Below are positions 1-8,470 of a DNA stretch of 32,000 nucleotides, piece by piece (position 1 is the first letter of the stretch; every line of letters begins with the position of its first letter). This DNA comes from Pyrodictium occultum. Lineage in GTDB: Archaea; Thermoproteota; Thermoprotei_A; Sulfolobales; Pyrodictiaceae. A program made the position numbers and the translations under genes. The notes below the pieces were generated by a model that was not told the origin of the DNA, searched no databases, and saw only the letters and a list, made by a program, of their open reading frames with translations. Location: the NCBI RefSeq assembly GCF_001462395.1, contig NZ_LNTB01000001.1, positions 1,320,001 through 1,352,000 of the forward strand, written 5' to 3'.

Positions 1-189
1 GCCCAGGTGGACGGGTATGTGCTCCGCCTGCGCCACCAGCTCGCCCTCGGGGCTGAGGACCGCGCAGGAGAAGTCCAGCCGGTCCCGTATATTCGGGCTC
101 ATTGACGCGTTGCGGAGCACAACCCCCATCTCCTCGGCGGCCGCTATAGCGGCGTGCCTCACCACCTCCACGGTAACCCGGTCGACCAT
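1..189 (-). CDS. hyuB: Hydantoinase B/oxoprolinase family protein, N-terminal part (runs off the window start)
   Basis: Not in the ORF track because there is no stop inside the window. The reverse-strand ATG at 189 gives [63 protein letters not shown], open to position 1. This fits the conserved HyuB N-terminus (SPNI..R.DFSCA....[13 protein letters not shown]). It begins 15 nt downstream of the hyuA stop at 204. Confidence 0.8.
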   Translation of the reverse strand, partial: MVDRVTVEVVRHAAIAAAEEMGVVLRNASMSPNIRDRLDFSCAVLSPEGELVAQAEHIPVHLG

Positions 190-203
190 CCCCGCCACCC
201 CTC

Positions 204-1640
204 CTAGACCCTCTCGATGTGGAGCGCGTAGAGCCCATCCACCCGGGCAGCGTGGCCCGGCGGCACCAGGACGGTGGAGTCCTCCTCCTCGACCACCGCG
301 GGGCCCGTGATCTCGGCCCCAGGCCTCAGGAGGGGCCTCCAGTACACCGGGGCCTCAACCCAGCCCGCCTCCTCGAAGTAGACGCGCCTCCGCCCCCGCG
401 GCTCTGGCCGGTGGGGCCTCGGCTCCCCCTGCGGCAGCCTGGGCTTCCCCGTCCTCCCGTAGGCGGTGAGCCGGGCCGCGACTATGAAGACCGGCGCCTC
501 CCGGAGCCTGTAGCCGTACCGGGCCTCGTGGAGCCGGTGGAACTCCTCCACCGCCTCGCCCAGGCTGCCGCGGTAGGGGACCGTGATGCTGTAGGCCTGG
601 CCCATGTACCTCATCTCCAGGCTCCTTGTCATCACTATCTTGTTGCCCGGCACGCCCTCCGCCCTGAGCATTGCCAGGGCCTTCTCCGCGAGGCTCTCGA
701 ACACCCTGTCGAGCTCCTCCTCGGAGACCTCGCCGGCGGCCCTCGCCACAGCCGCGTGGAGGTCGTGCCGGTAGTCGGTGAGCAGGAGCCCGAGGGCGGA
801 GAAGACGCCGGGCATCGGCGGGACCACGACCCTCTCCATCCCCAGCTCCCCCGCCAGCTCAGCCGCGTGGAGGGGCCCGGCGCCCCCATAGGCGTAGAGG
901 GTGAAGCGCCGGGGGTCGTAGCCCCTCTCCACGGTCACTATCCGGAGCGCCCTCGCCATAATAGTGTTGGCTATCCTAACCACCGCCGCCGCTGCCTCGA
1001 CCAGGTCCATGCCCAGCTTCTCCCCGAGCCCCGTGAGAGCCTCCAGCGCCAGGTCCCTGCGGAGCCGGAGGACGCCGCCGGCGAGGGCCTCGGGGAGCCT
1101 CCCGAGGACGAGCTGCGCGTCCGTAACCGTCGGCTCCCTCCCGCCCCGGCCGTAGCAGGCCGGCCCCGGGTCGGAGCCCGCGCTCACCGGGCCCACGCGG
1201 AGCGCGCCCCCCGCGTCGACCCAGGCGATGCTGCCCCCGCCCGCGCTGACCTCCACGAGGTCTATGAAGGGGTAGCGTACCGGGTACCCGGAGCCCCTCA
1301 GCTTCCTCCCCATGTGGGCCCTGCCGCCGACCTCGTACTCGCCCACCACGAGCGGCTCCCCGCCCACCACGGCGACAGCCTTCGCCGTGGTGCCGCCCAT
1401 ATCGAAGCCCACGGCGTGCTCGACCCCCATCAGCCTGGAGAAGTAGGCCGCCGCGACCGCGCCGGCGGCGGGCCCGCTCTCGATGAACGCCGCGGGCCTC
1501 TCGACAGCCTGCTCGACCCCGGCCACCCCGCCGCTGCTCTGCATGACCAGGAGCGTCCCCCGGAACCCGCGGCGCCGCAGCTCCTCCAGGAGCCTGGCCA
1601 GGTAGCCGGAGAGCAGCGGCCGGAGCAGCGCGTTCACCAC
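204..1640 (-). CDS. hyuA: Hydantoinase A/oxoprolinase family protein, C-terminal 2/3 fragment (frameshifted gene, see findings)
   Basis: 478-aa ORF with actin-like ATPase-fold hydantoinase A motifs ([38 protein letters not shown]). The homologous sequence [13 protein letters not shown] continues upstream of the listed GTG start in the same frame. Confidence 0.85.
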   Translation of the reverse strand: MVNALLRPLLSGYLARLLEELRRRGFRGTLLVMQSSGGVAGVEQAVERPAAFIESGPAAGAVAAAYFSRLMGVEHAVGFDMGGTTAKAVAVVGGEPLVVGEYEVGGRAHMGRKLRGSGYPVRYPFIDLVEVSAGGGSIAWVDAGGALRVGPVSAGSDPGPACYGRGGREPTVTDAQLVLGRLPEALAGGVLRLRRDLALEALTGLGEKLGMDLVEAAAAVVRIANTIMARALRIVTVERGYDPRRFTLYAYGGAGPLHAAELAGELGMERVVVPPMPGVFSALGLLLTDYRHDLHAAVARAAGEVSEEELDRVFESLAEKALAMLRAEGVPGNKIVMTRSLEMRYMGQAYSITVPYRGSLGEAVEEFHRLHEARYGYRLREAPVFIVAARLTAYGRTGKPRLPQGEPRPHRPEPRGRRRVYFEEAGWVEAPVYWRPLLRPGAEITGPAVVEEEDSTVLVPPGHAARVDGLYALHIERV

Positions 1641-2266
1641 AGCGGTGCTGGCCCTCTCGTACTCGCGGGCGCAGGGTCTACCTCATGGCTCGCCACCACC
1701 TCGGCGCCGGGGCACTCCTTTAGGATAATCCTCTTCGCCTCCTCCTCGTGCCCCGGGTTGGCGTAGCTATGGAGGAACGAGACGACGAACACCCTGGCTC
1801 GGCCGCACCACTCCCTCGCGATCCTCCTGACGGCCTCCCCGTCGAGGGGCTCTATCTCTTCCCCGCGGGGCCCTACCCGGCCCCTGACGGTCAGCCTCCG
1901 CTCCCTGGGCACGAGGGGCCTGGGCCGCTGGAAGAAGGGGTCGTAGAGGGTGGGGCGGGCCTGCCTGCCCAGCTCCAGCACGTCCCGGAAGCCTTCATTG
2001 GTCACGAGGACTGCCTCCGGCGGCTCCAGCCCCTCCTGGCCCAGGAACATGTTGGTGCCAAGGGTGGAGGCGTGGACTATGACCTCCACTGTGTCGAGGC
2101 TCCAGCCGAGCATCGCGAGGGCGTTCAGCACGCCCCTCCACGGCTCCCTCGGGGTGGTGAGGGTCTTGAGGCTCACAACCCTCCCCAACTCCTCGTCGAA
2201 GGCTACGAGGTCGGTGAAGGTGCCCCCGATGTCAACCCCTATCCTCCTCAAGGCCCGGGCCGGCAC
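1634..2266 (-). CDS. hyuA: Hydantoinase A/oxoprolinase family protein, N-terminal fragment (Hydant_A_N-like)
   Basis: 210-aa ORF starting MPARALRRIGVDIGGTFTDLVAFDEE, the classic hydantoinase A N-terminus. After SHEVDPAP it ends in out-of-frame sequence and overlaps the C-terminal fragment by 7 nt. Confidence 0.85.
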   Translation of the reverse strand: MPARALRRIGVDIGGTFTDLVAFDEELGRVVSLKTLTTPREPWRGVLNALAMLGWSLDTVEVIVHASTLGTNMFLGQEGLEPPEAVLVTNEGFRDVLELGRQARPTLYDPFFQRPRPLVPRERRLTVRGRVGPRGEEIEPLDGEAVRRIAREWCGRARVFVVSFLHSYANPGHEEEAKRIILKECPGAEVVASHEVDPAPASTRGPAPLW

Positions 2267-2317
2267 CCCAGAGGGGCTGCGGCGCCGCCGGCCTAATACC
2301 AGGGCCCCCCGGGGGGC

Positions 2318-2905
2318 TTAGCCGGCGCGCGTCCTGGGCAGGGCACGGTAGCCCTCCACAAGCCTCTGGGCGAAGGTCGTCCACGCTAGGACGGCTAGCA
2401 GGCTGTAGAGGTACACGGCCACCCCCACGCCCAGGGCGGCGTGGACCAGGAGCACGAGCAGCTGCGCCACCACCCGGTCGCTCCTCTCGAGGAGCCCCGT
2501 CCCCTCCATGCTCCCGCCCGCCAGCGACTCGTAGCGGGCGCGGGCGTAGCTGGTCAGGAGCGCCCCGGTGAGGAAGGCGAGCACCGCCCAGGCGGGGTAG
2601 CCCAGCTCCATGAAGCCGGCGGCGTACACCGTGTCCTCCACGCGGTCCAGGAGGCTGTCGAGGTAGGCCCCCCGCGGCCCCGCCTCGCCGCGCAGCCTTG
2701 CCACCGCGCCGTCGAGCGCGTCCAGGAGCCCGCTCACCGCGAGGAGGAGCACGGCGAGCAGGGGGCTCCCCGCGGCCGCGGCGGCGAGGTAGGCCAGGGA
2801 GGCAGCCAGGCCCAGCAGCGTGTAGACGTCACCCGGCAGCGAGGCCAGGGGCCTGGCCGCCGCCTCCACGAAGCCCTTTATCCTCCCACGTAGCCTGCCC
2901 ATCAA
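2318..2905 (-). CDS. CDP-alcohol phosphatidyltransferase family membrane protein (archaeal polar-lipid head-group synthase type)
   Basis: Exact family signature D-G-x2-A-R-x8-G-x3-D-x3-D in DALDGAVARLRGEAGPRGAYLDSLLD. About 6 hydrophobic segments, 195 aa. There is a TTG at 2905 and an ATG at 2902. Confidence 0.85.
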   Translation of the reverse strand: MMGRLRGRIKGFVEAAARPLASLPGDVYTLLGLAASLAYLAAAAAGSPLLAVLLLAVSGLLDALDGAVARLRGEAGPRGAYLDSLLDRVEDTVYAAGFMELGYPAWAVLAFLTGALLTSYARARYESLAGGSMEGTGLLERSDRVVAQLLVLLVHAALGVGVAVYLYSLLAVLAWTTFAQRLVEGYRALPRTRAG

Positions 2906-2923
2906 GGCTCCCGGCCGCCCCGG

Positions 2924-4141
2924 CTACTCGTGAGCCATGTCCAGGCCTGCGAGGAGCGCCTTGAGGGTATCGGCCTCGGGGTCCCCCTCGGGGAGCGTAG
3001 CCCTGGCTATGATCTCCCTGTAGACCAGCTCGGCCAGGCCCCTGCGGAGCCTCGCCTTCTCGTGGGCCAGGACCACTGGGAGCGGGTGGCTCTGGCCGGG
3101 CAGGGTCAGTCCGTGGGCGGCCGCGGCCAGCCTCTCCATGACGGCGTGGGGGTCGCCGCCCTCGGGGACCGGCGCCTCCAGCCGGTATGGCCGGAGCGTG
3201 TAGGGGGAGACGGTGTAGCTCGCGTAGATCCTCAGCCCCCTGCGGCGGTAGCAGCGGTAGACGTCCCTGGGGATGCTGGAGGCCTCCAGGGGCTCGGTGT
3301 AGAAGGGCCTGCCCAGCCTGGAACGGGCCGCGGCCGCGAGCGCGGCGGCCAGCTCCTCGTCCCCCATGCCGGGCAGCCCGGCTGCGCTCCGGAGCCTGGA
3401 GGCGAGGAGCCGGACCCTGCCGATCCTCTTCACCACGCCGGCGGCGAGGTGGCCCCGCTCGAGCAGGGCCGCCACCACGGCTGCCCGGGCGCAGTGGTAG
3501 CCCTCCACCAGCCGGAGGGCCTCGGAGGGATCAACCCCCAGGAGCCCTGCCACCGCCCGCGCCGAGGCGGCCGGGTCGAGCCTGGAGGGCGGGTCGGCCA
3601 CCGGCCCGTCGATAAACACAACGCCGGGCTCCATGCACTCCAGCCTGGAGAGGGCGAGGGTCTCCAGCACCATCTGGGCGGCCTCCGCCGCGGCCTCGGC
3701 GGCGGCGCCGGTGGGGTCGAGGATCTCGACCACCTCGGCCCCCGGGTAGAGGATGACCGGGCTCCTCGACGCGATGCCCTCGGGGAGGCCTACCACCACG
3801 GCGGAGAGGAGCGCGTAGTAGCTGCCCATGCCCCCGCCCACCAGCTGCCGGGAGCCGTCCGCCCCGTAGCTCCTCGCGGACGGCTCAGGCTCCGGCGCCT
3901 CGCGGATGAGGCCGCGGCTGAGCGCCTCCCGGAGAGCCTCCACCCCGGCCTCGCGGAGCCTCTGGTAGATGTCCCGCCTCTCCCTCGCCCTCTGCAGCGC
4001 CTTCTCCAGCAGCCTCTGGACCAGCGCGGGCTCGCTCCTCTCCAGGTCCATCATCTCCCTGGCCTTCCTGGCCAGGGGCTCTGGGAGGCCCCAGCTGCTA
4101 GCCACTACCACCACCCCCGTATAGGCGGCGGAGCGTCTCAA
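2924..4141 (-). CDS. NurA-like nuclease domain protein
   Basis: Motifs in NurA order: GADGSRQ (DGS aspartate), MVLETLAL (Glu), VVFIDGPVADP (DG motif), HPLPVVLAHEKARL (C-terminal AH). It sits immediately downstream of the HerA-like gene. The start is uncertain: TTG 4141, GTG 4105 (8-nt overlap with the upstream stop) or ATG 4054. Confidence 0.65.
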   Translation of the reverse strand: MRRSAAYTGVVVVASSWGLPEPLARKAREMMDLERSEPALVQRLLEKALQRARERRDIYQRLREAGVEALREALSRGLIREAPEPEPSARSYGADGSRQLVGGGMGSYYALLSAVVVGLPEGIASRSPVILYPGAEVVEILDPTGAAAEAAAEAAQMVLETLALSRLECMEPGVVFIDGPVADPPSRLDPAASARAVAGLLGVDPSEALRLVEGYHCARAAVVAALLERGHLAAGVVKRIGRVRLLASRLRSAAGLPGMGDEELAAALAAAARSRLGRPFYTEPLEASSIPRDVYRCYRRRGLRIYASYTVSPYTLRPYRLEAPVPEGGDPHAVMERLAAAAHGLTLPGQSHPLPVVLAHEKARLRRGLAELVYREIIARATLPEGDPEADTLKALLAGLDMAHE

Positions 4142-5756
4142 CTACCCTGGTCCTCCCCATTGCGTGGCCCACGCTCCTCCTCCCGGTCCGGACCAGGGCG
4201 GGGAAGCCCAGCATGTTCATCTGCCCCGTCACCACCGCCACGCCGCGGGGGAGCCTGGTGAGCCTCCTCTCGAGCCCCGCTGGGAGCCCCCCGGCCGCCC
4301 GGGAGACGTAGGCCACGTCCTCGACGGGGAGCCTGTAGATGATCCACGTGTTGAGCATCGAGAGGACCACGGGGTCCACGAAGACCGGGCGCTGGCTCAC
4401 CAGCACCAGGCTGAGGCCGAACTTCCTCCCCTGCGTGGCTATGAGGGAGAGGTAGTCCCTCGCCAGGCTCCAGGCCACCGGGTAGCTGCGGGGGTTGGGC
4501 GCGTAGTTCTGCGCCTCCTCCAGGACCAGGACCAGGTAGCGCTCCTCGCCCCTGGTCTTGTAGCCCGTGAACTGCTTGTAGAGGAGCCTGGCCAGGTACG
4601 CGACCACCAGCTGGCGGACAGGCAGCGGCACTCCCGGTGCGCCCTCAGCGGAGAAGTCTAGTATGGCGAGCCCCGGCTCCCGAGTCAGGGTGTCCACGAA
4701 GCCCGGGTCCAGGCTCGGCCTCCCGGAGATCACCCGGTAGCCCTCGACTATGTCGCGGTGGAACTTCTCCACTGCGGCGCGGACAGCCCTCGCTGTCTGG
4801 GCGTGGATGGGCGCGCCCCTCCCCGTGCTGAGATCCTCCAGGGTCTCGTAGACGAGGCCCACCCTGGACGTGAGGAGCTCCGTGAACCCGTAGCCCATTG
4901 CCTCCAGCTCCCGGAGCGCCCTCTCCAGCGCCGAGACCTGGAGCTCGTTGAGCTCCACGCCCCCCGTCTTGTAGGTTATTATGAACTCCGCCAGCTCCCT
5001 GGCGGTGAAGCCGTCGAGGCTTATCGTTATCGGCAGGGTGTAGGGCCGGTACCTCGCCGGGCTCCCGGGGAACACGAGCCTGTAGACCCTCCTGTAGGCC
5101 CCCACCTTCCTGCCGGAGGCGTAGGCCTCGTGGTAGTCCATGTAGTCCCCGTTGGCGTCCACTACTATTGCCGGGAGGGCGCCCTCGAGGCCGCCGCCGA
5201 GGGGGATTCTGGAGAGCAGCTCGAGGAGGTAGCCCACCCCGTAGCTCTTCCCGCTCCCCGTCTCGCCGAACACGCCGACATGCATGGTTATGTTCTCCAC
5301 GTCGAGGGGGAGGCCTAGGCCCTGGTAGCCGAGCAGCTCACCGAACCACACCACCCCTGGCTCCTCCTCGCCGAGGCCCAGTGCCTCTCTCAGCTCCCCC
5401 GGTCCCAGGAGCCGGACACGGTCGCCGGGGAGGGGCGGTGCTTGCAGCTCCTCCAGCCCCCGGTCCCCGGGGCGGCCGAGCACCGTCGCCTCGGCCACCG
5501 TGTAGCGGCGGGCCGCCTCCTCTAGCAGGGGCGGCTCGAGGCCACGGCGCCTAGCCTCGCTCCAGAGGTCGCCCTCGAGGTAGAACTCGTTGACGGGGAC
5601 TATCCTGTCTATCCTCGCCAGGGCCCTGTCCTCGCCCCTCCGGGCCTCCACCAACACCAGGAGGCCCTCGCGGGCCAGCCTCTCCCCCTCGAGGGTGAGC
5701 TGTATCTTCAGGGTCTCCGTTGTGGAGCCGCTGAGCACCACTCCTATCGGCTTCAA
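4098..5756 (-). CDS. HerA-like (DUF87/FtsK-HerA superfamily) hexameric ATPase
   Basis: N-terminal barrel-like segment (IGVVLSGSTTETLKIQL), Walker A GVFGETGSGKSYGV, Walker B LVLVLEEAQNYAP, and LVSQRP near the C-terminus. 552 aa, TTG start at 5756. Confidence 0.85.
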   Translation of the reverse strand: MKPIGVVLSGSTTETLKIQLTLEGERLAREGLLVLVEARRGEDRALARIDRIVPVNEFYLEGDLWSEARRRGLEPPLLEEAARRYTVAEATVLGRPGDRGLEELQAPPLPGDRVRLLGPGELREALGLGEEEPGVVWFGELLGYQGLGLPLDVENITMHVGVFGETGSGKSYGVGYLLELLSRIPLGGGLEGALPAIVVDANGDYMDYHEAYASGRKVGAYRRVYRLVFPGSPARYRPYTLPITISLDGFTARELAEFIITYKTGGVELNELQVSALERALRELEAMGYGFTELLTSRVGLVYETLEDLSTGRGAPIHAQTARAVRAAVEKFHRDIVEGYRVISGRPSLDPGFVDTLTREPGLAILDFSAEGAPGVPLPVRQLVVAYLARLLYKQFTGYKTRGEERYLVLVLEEAQNYAPNPRSYPVAWSLARDYLSLIATQGRKFGLSLVLVSQRPVFVDPVVLSMLNTWIIYRLPVEDVAYVSRAAGGLPAGLERRLTRLPRGVAVVTGQMNMLGFPALVRTGRRSVGHAMGRTRVVETLRRLYGGGGSG

Positions 5757-5870
5757 GGCTTATGCCCATCCCCGGCTTATCCTGGGCGGGGCCCTAGCTA
5801 TATCCGCCCGGGGCCGCTGCCCGGGAAGGGGCTGCGGAGAGGTAGAAGGGGGAGGGGAGGCACGGAGCTG

Positions 5871-7058
5871 TTGACGCCCAGCATTGGGGGCTGGTGCCCG
5901 GGGCGCTGCGAGGCCCAGGAGATAGACAGTGGCGTGTACATGCTCAGGATCGCCGACTATAGGGTCAAGTTCTTCGACTCTGTCTGGGAGGTCCCGGAAG
6001 GGGTAACCTACAACGCCTACCTGGTGGCCGGGCCGGAGAAGCTGGTCCTCGTTGGGCTCGCGGAGAGGAGGCATGCCGCGGCGCTGCTGGAGCTGCTCCG
6101 GAGAGCCGCCGGGCCCCGGGACCTGGATGCGGTTGTCCTCCAGCACACCTCCCACCTGGCCGCGGCCGAGCACCTGCTCCGGGAGGCTGGCGGCGTGAGG
6201 CTCTACACCCTCCCAGGGCTCGGGGAGCCGCCGGGCCTCAGGGCGGCCGTGCTGGAGCCCGGGGAGGGCATCAGCCTCGGGGGCGGCTGGAGGCTCTTCC
6301 TGCCGACGGGGCAGCCGCCCTGGCCCGGAGGCATCCTAGTGCTGGAGCCCCACGGCCTGGTGTTTACCGGCGACCTGTTCTCCGGCTACTCCACGCCCCC
6401 CATAATGGTTGACCGCGAGGACGTGGAGCTGTTCAGCTACTACACCTACTTTATGAGGAAGTACTTCGCCACTGTCATAGGGCCCTACAGGGGTAGGCTC
6501 CAGAGGCTGCTGGAGAAGCTGGCTGCCCTCGGCCCCAGGCTGCTGGCACCTCTCCACGGCCTGGCGCTGGAGGCCCGGGCCGCGGAGGCGCTGCAGCTCT
6601 ACACTGGCTGGGCCCGGGGCAGGCTGGACCCGGGCAAGGCTGTCGCGGTCTACCTCGACCTGGACTCGGGCCCGGTGGCCGAGGCGGTTGAGAGGCTCGC
6701 CGAGGCCCTGGAGGAGAAGGACGTGGATGTCGCTGTTTACGGGTTCACCGAGACCCGGCGGCCCAACATCTCGGAGATCCTGGGCGACGCTGTCGACGCC
6801 GCCTACATAGTCATGGGCTTCGGCCGGCCCTGGGACGGGGGAGCGCCGCCGCCCCTCTCATTCCTCGTCAACCTCCTCTGCAGCCACGCCGCCTCCAGGC
6901 AGAGGCTGCTCATCCTCCACGGCCCCGGCGCCACGTCGCCCGCGGCCCTTCTCGCGGCCAGGCTCCAGGCCTGCGGCATGGAGGCTCTGGGGGCTCTGGA
7001 GCCCCGGGGAGACTGGCTCCACCGGGCCCTGGGGAAGCTGCTATCCGGGCCAGGCTAG
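5871..7058 (+). CDS. Metallo-beta-lactamase-fold + flavodoxin-like two-domain protein (flavodiiron/FprA-like, ligand motifs degenerate)
   Basis: The FprA-like N-terminus is RVKFFDSVWEVPEGVTYNAYLV. Later come FTGDLFSGY and APLHGLAL, then a C-terminal alpha/beta domain (KAVAVYLDLDSGPVAEAVERLAEAL). The more likely start is ATG 5940 (MLRIADY...); the ORF track begins at TTG 5871. Confidence 0.6.
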   Translation: MTPSIGGWCPGRCEAQEIDSGVYMLRIADYRVKFFDSVWEVPEGVTYNAYLVAGPEKLVLVGLAERRHAAALLELLRRAAGPRDLDAVVLQHTSHLAAAEHLLREAGGVRLYTLPGLGEPPGLRAAVLEPGEGISLGGGWRLFLPTGQPPWPGGILVLEPHGLVFTGDLFSGYSTPPIMVDREDVELFSYYTYFMRKYFATVIGPYRGRLQRLLEKLAALGPRLLAPLHGLALEARAAEALQLYTGWARGRLDPGKAVAVYLDLDSGPVAEAVERLAEALEEKDVDVAVYGFTETRRPNISEILGDAVDAAYIVMGFGRPWDGGAPPPLSFLVNLLCSHAASRQRLLILHGPGATSPAALLAARLQACGMEALGALEPRGDWLHRALGKLLSGPG

Positions 7059-7096
7059 CCCCGGGGGCGCAGCCCGGGGGGAGGAGAAGGGAGGCG

Positions 7097-8470
7097 TTGG
7101 CGCCCGGGGAGGAGCTGCAAGAGGCGCTTGCAAGGCTCGGCTGGCTCCGCGAGCCCAGCGTCCCCGTCATCGGCTGCAGGGGCTCCGGCCGGGCCTGCTG
7201 GAGAGTCCGGGGGGACTACTGGCTGGCGGGCCGCTACGAGAAGAGGATCCTAGACTCCCTGGCCCAGCTGGCCTTCGGCGTAGACCCGGGGCTCCGGGAG
7301 AAGCTGGTGGTCCTCCACCGCGCCCCCGCGCCGGGCGGCGAGTACGCCGCCGAGGCCTTCGGGGAGGCCCTCCGCCTCGGCGTGGTGGAGTACACGAGCA
7401 GGGGCTGGAGGCTCCACCCCAGCGGCGCCCTGGCGAGCCTGGCCGCCAGCCTCGGGGCCGAGGCGGTGCAGGCCCCGGCAGGGGGGAGGCTGAAGGGCAA
7501 GCGTGTCCGGCTCCCCGCGGGGGCCTGCAGGGGCCGCCGCTGGGTCATCGTCTCCTCCCGGGGCTGGCTGGGCCCGGCGAGGGTGGACCGGGTCGAGGAC
7601 GGGGCCTGCCTGGCCAAGGTCAAGGACATGGCGCCGCGGGGTCTGGAGCCGCTCCCGCCGGCCGGGCTCGACGAGGCCGTGGAGAGGAACGCCGAGCTGG
7701 TCGGCGCCCTGGCCTCCGAAGCCAGGGAGTTCATCAGGAGGGCCTACGCGAGGGTGCAGGCGAGCAGGGGCAGGGTCTACGTAGCCTTCAGCGGCGGCGC
7801 CGACTCCACCGCAGTGCTCAGCCTCGCCAGGGAGGCGCTGGGCGCCGAGAGGGTGGTGGCGGTCTACGCCGACACGGGGATGGAGTTCCCGGAGGCGAGG
7901 AGGCACGTGGAGAGGATAGCCTCCATCCTCGGCGTCGACCTCGAGGTCGTGGAGCCAGGCGTCGACCCCCTGGAGGAGATAGAGAGGAGGGGGTTGATGA
8001 CGAGGGATAATAGGTGGTGCACCAGGGTCTTCAAGCTCGGGCCCCTCCGCCGCTTCTACCAGCGGGTCGGGGCGAGGCTCATCCTCGACGGGGCCAGGCG
8101 GTGGGAGAGCAGCAGCCGGGCCAGGACGCCGAGGCTCGGGGAGAACCCGCTCATCCCCGGCGTGGCGAGGGCGCTGCCCATCCACCACTGGCCCCGGCTA
8201 GCAGTCCAGCTCTACCTGGCCGAGAGGGGGATCCCCCTGAGCCAGCTCTACCAGGAGGGGCTGACCAGGATAGGCTGCATCGCCTGCCCCGCGATGCACC
8301 TCTACGAGATCCACCTCGCCTACCGGCTCCACCCATCCTGGTACCGCCGCCTCGCCGAGGCGGTCGCCCGGAGGGAGGGCATCGACCCCGGGGAGGCGCT
8401 GCGCCTCCTCCTCTCCGGCCGGTGGCGCCGCCAGGGGGAGCCCGGGACCTGGATCCAGGACCGGGGCTAG
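7097..8470 (+). CDS. PP-loop ATP pyrophosphatase / PAPS-reductase-family protein with a ~220-aa N-terminal extension
   Basis: PP-loop motif VAFSGGADSTAVLSLA, then DTGMEFPE, NRWCTRVFKLGP and a C-terminal RIGCIACPA cysteine motif. TTG start 38 nt after the preceding gene. Confidence 0.8.
   Translation: MAPGEELQEALARLGWLREPSVPVIGCRGSGRACWRVRGDYWLAGRYEKRILDSLAQLAFGVDPGLREKLVVLHRAPAPGGEYAAEAFGEALRLGVVEYTSRGWRLHPSGALASLAASLGAEAVQAPAGGRLKGKRVRLPAGACRGRRWVIVSSRGWLGPARVDRVEDGACLAKVKDMAPRGLEPLPPAGLDEAVERNAELVGALASEAREFIRRAYARVQASRGRVYVAFSGGADSTAVLSLAREALGAERVVAVYADTGMEFPEARRHVERIASILGVDLEVVEPGVDPLEEIERRGLMTRDNRWCTRVFKLGPLRRFYQRVGARLILDGARRWESSSRARTPRLGENPLIPGVARALPIHHWPRLAVQLYLAERGIPLSQLYQEGLTRIGCIACPAMHLYEIHLAYRLHPSWYRRLAEAVARREGIDPGEALRLLLSGRWRRQGEPGTWIQDRG

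Noticed and set aside
219-1766. 515-aa + strand ORF antisense to hyuA, plus similar ORFs at 17-310, 635-889, 964-1155, 1748-2296 and 1950-2321
   Set aside because: Its Arg/Pro/Gly-rich low-complexity translation has no motifs and overlaps a strongly supported gene completely. This is a typical shadow ORF of very GC-rich DNA.
2930-4261. 443-aa + strand ORF antisense to the NurA-like gene, plus 3187-3615, 4164-4661, 4758-5318 and 5168-5554
   Set aside because: Same shadow-ORF signature (runs of P, G, R, A). The opposite strand carries recognisable NurA and HerA motifs.
7250-8188. 312-aa - strand ORF, with 7234-7734 and 8014-8835, overlapping the PP-loop gene
   Set aside because: No motifs and a biased composition. 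The + strand frame carries the SGGADS PP-loop signature.
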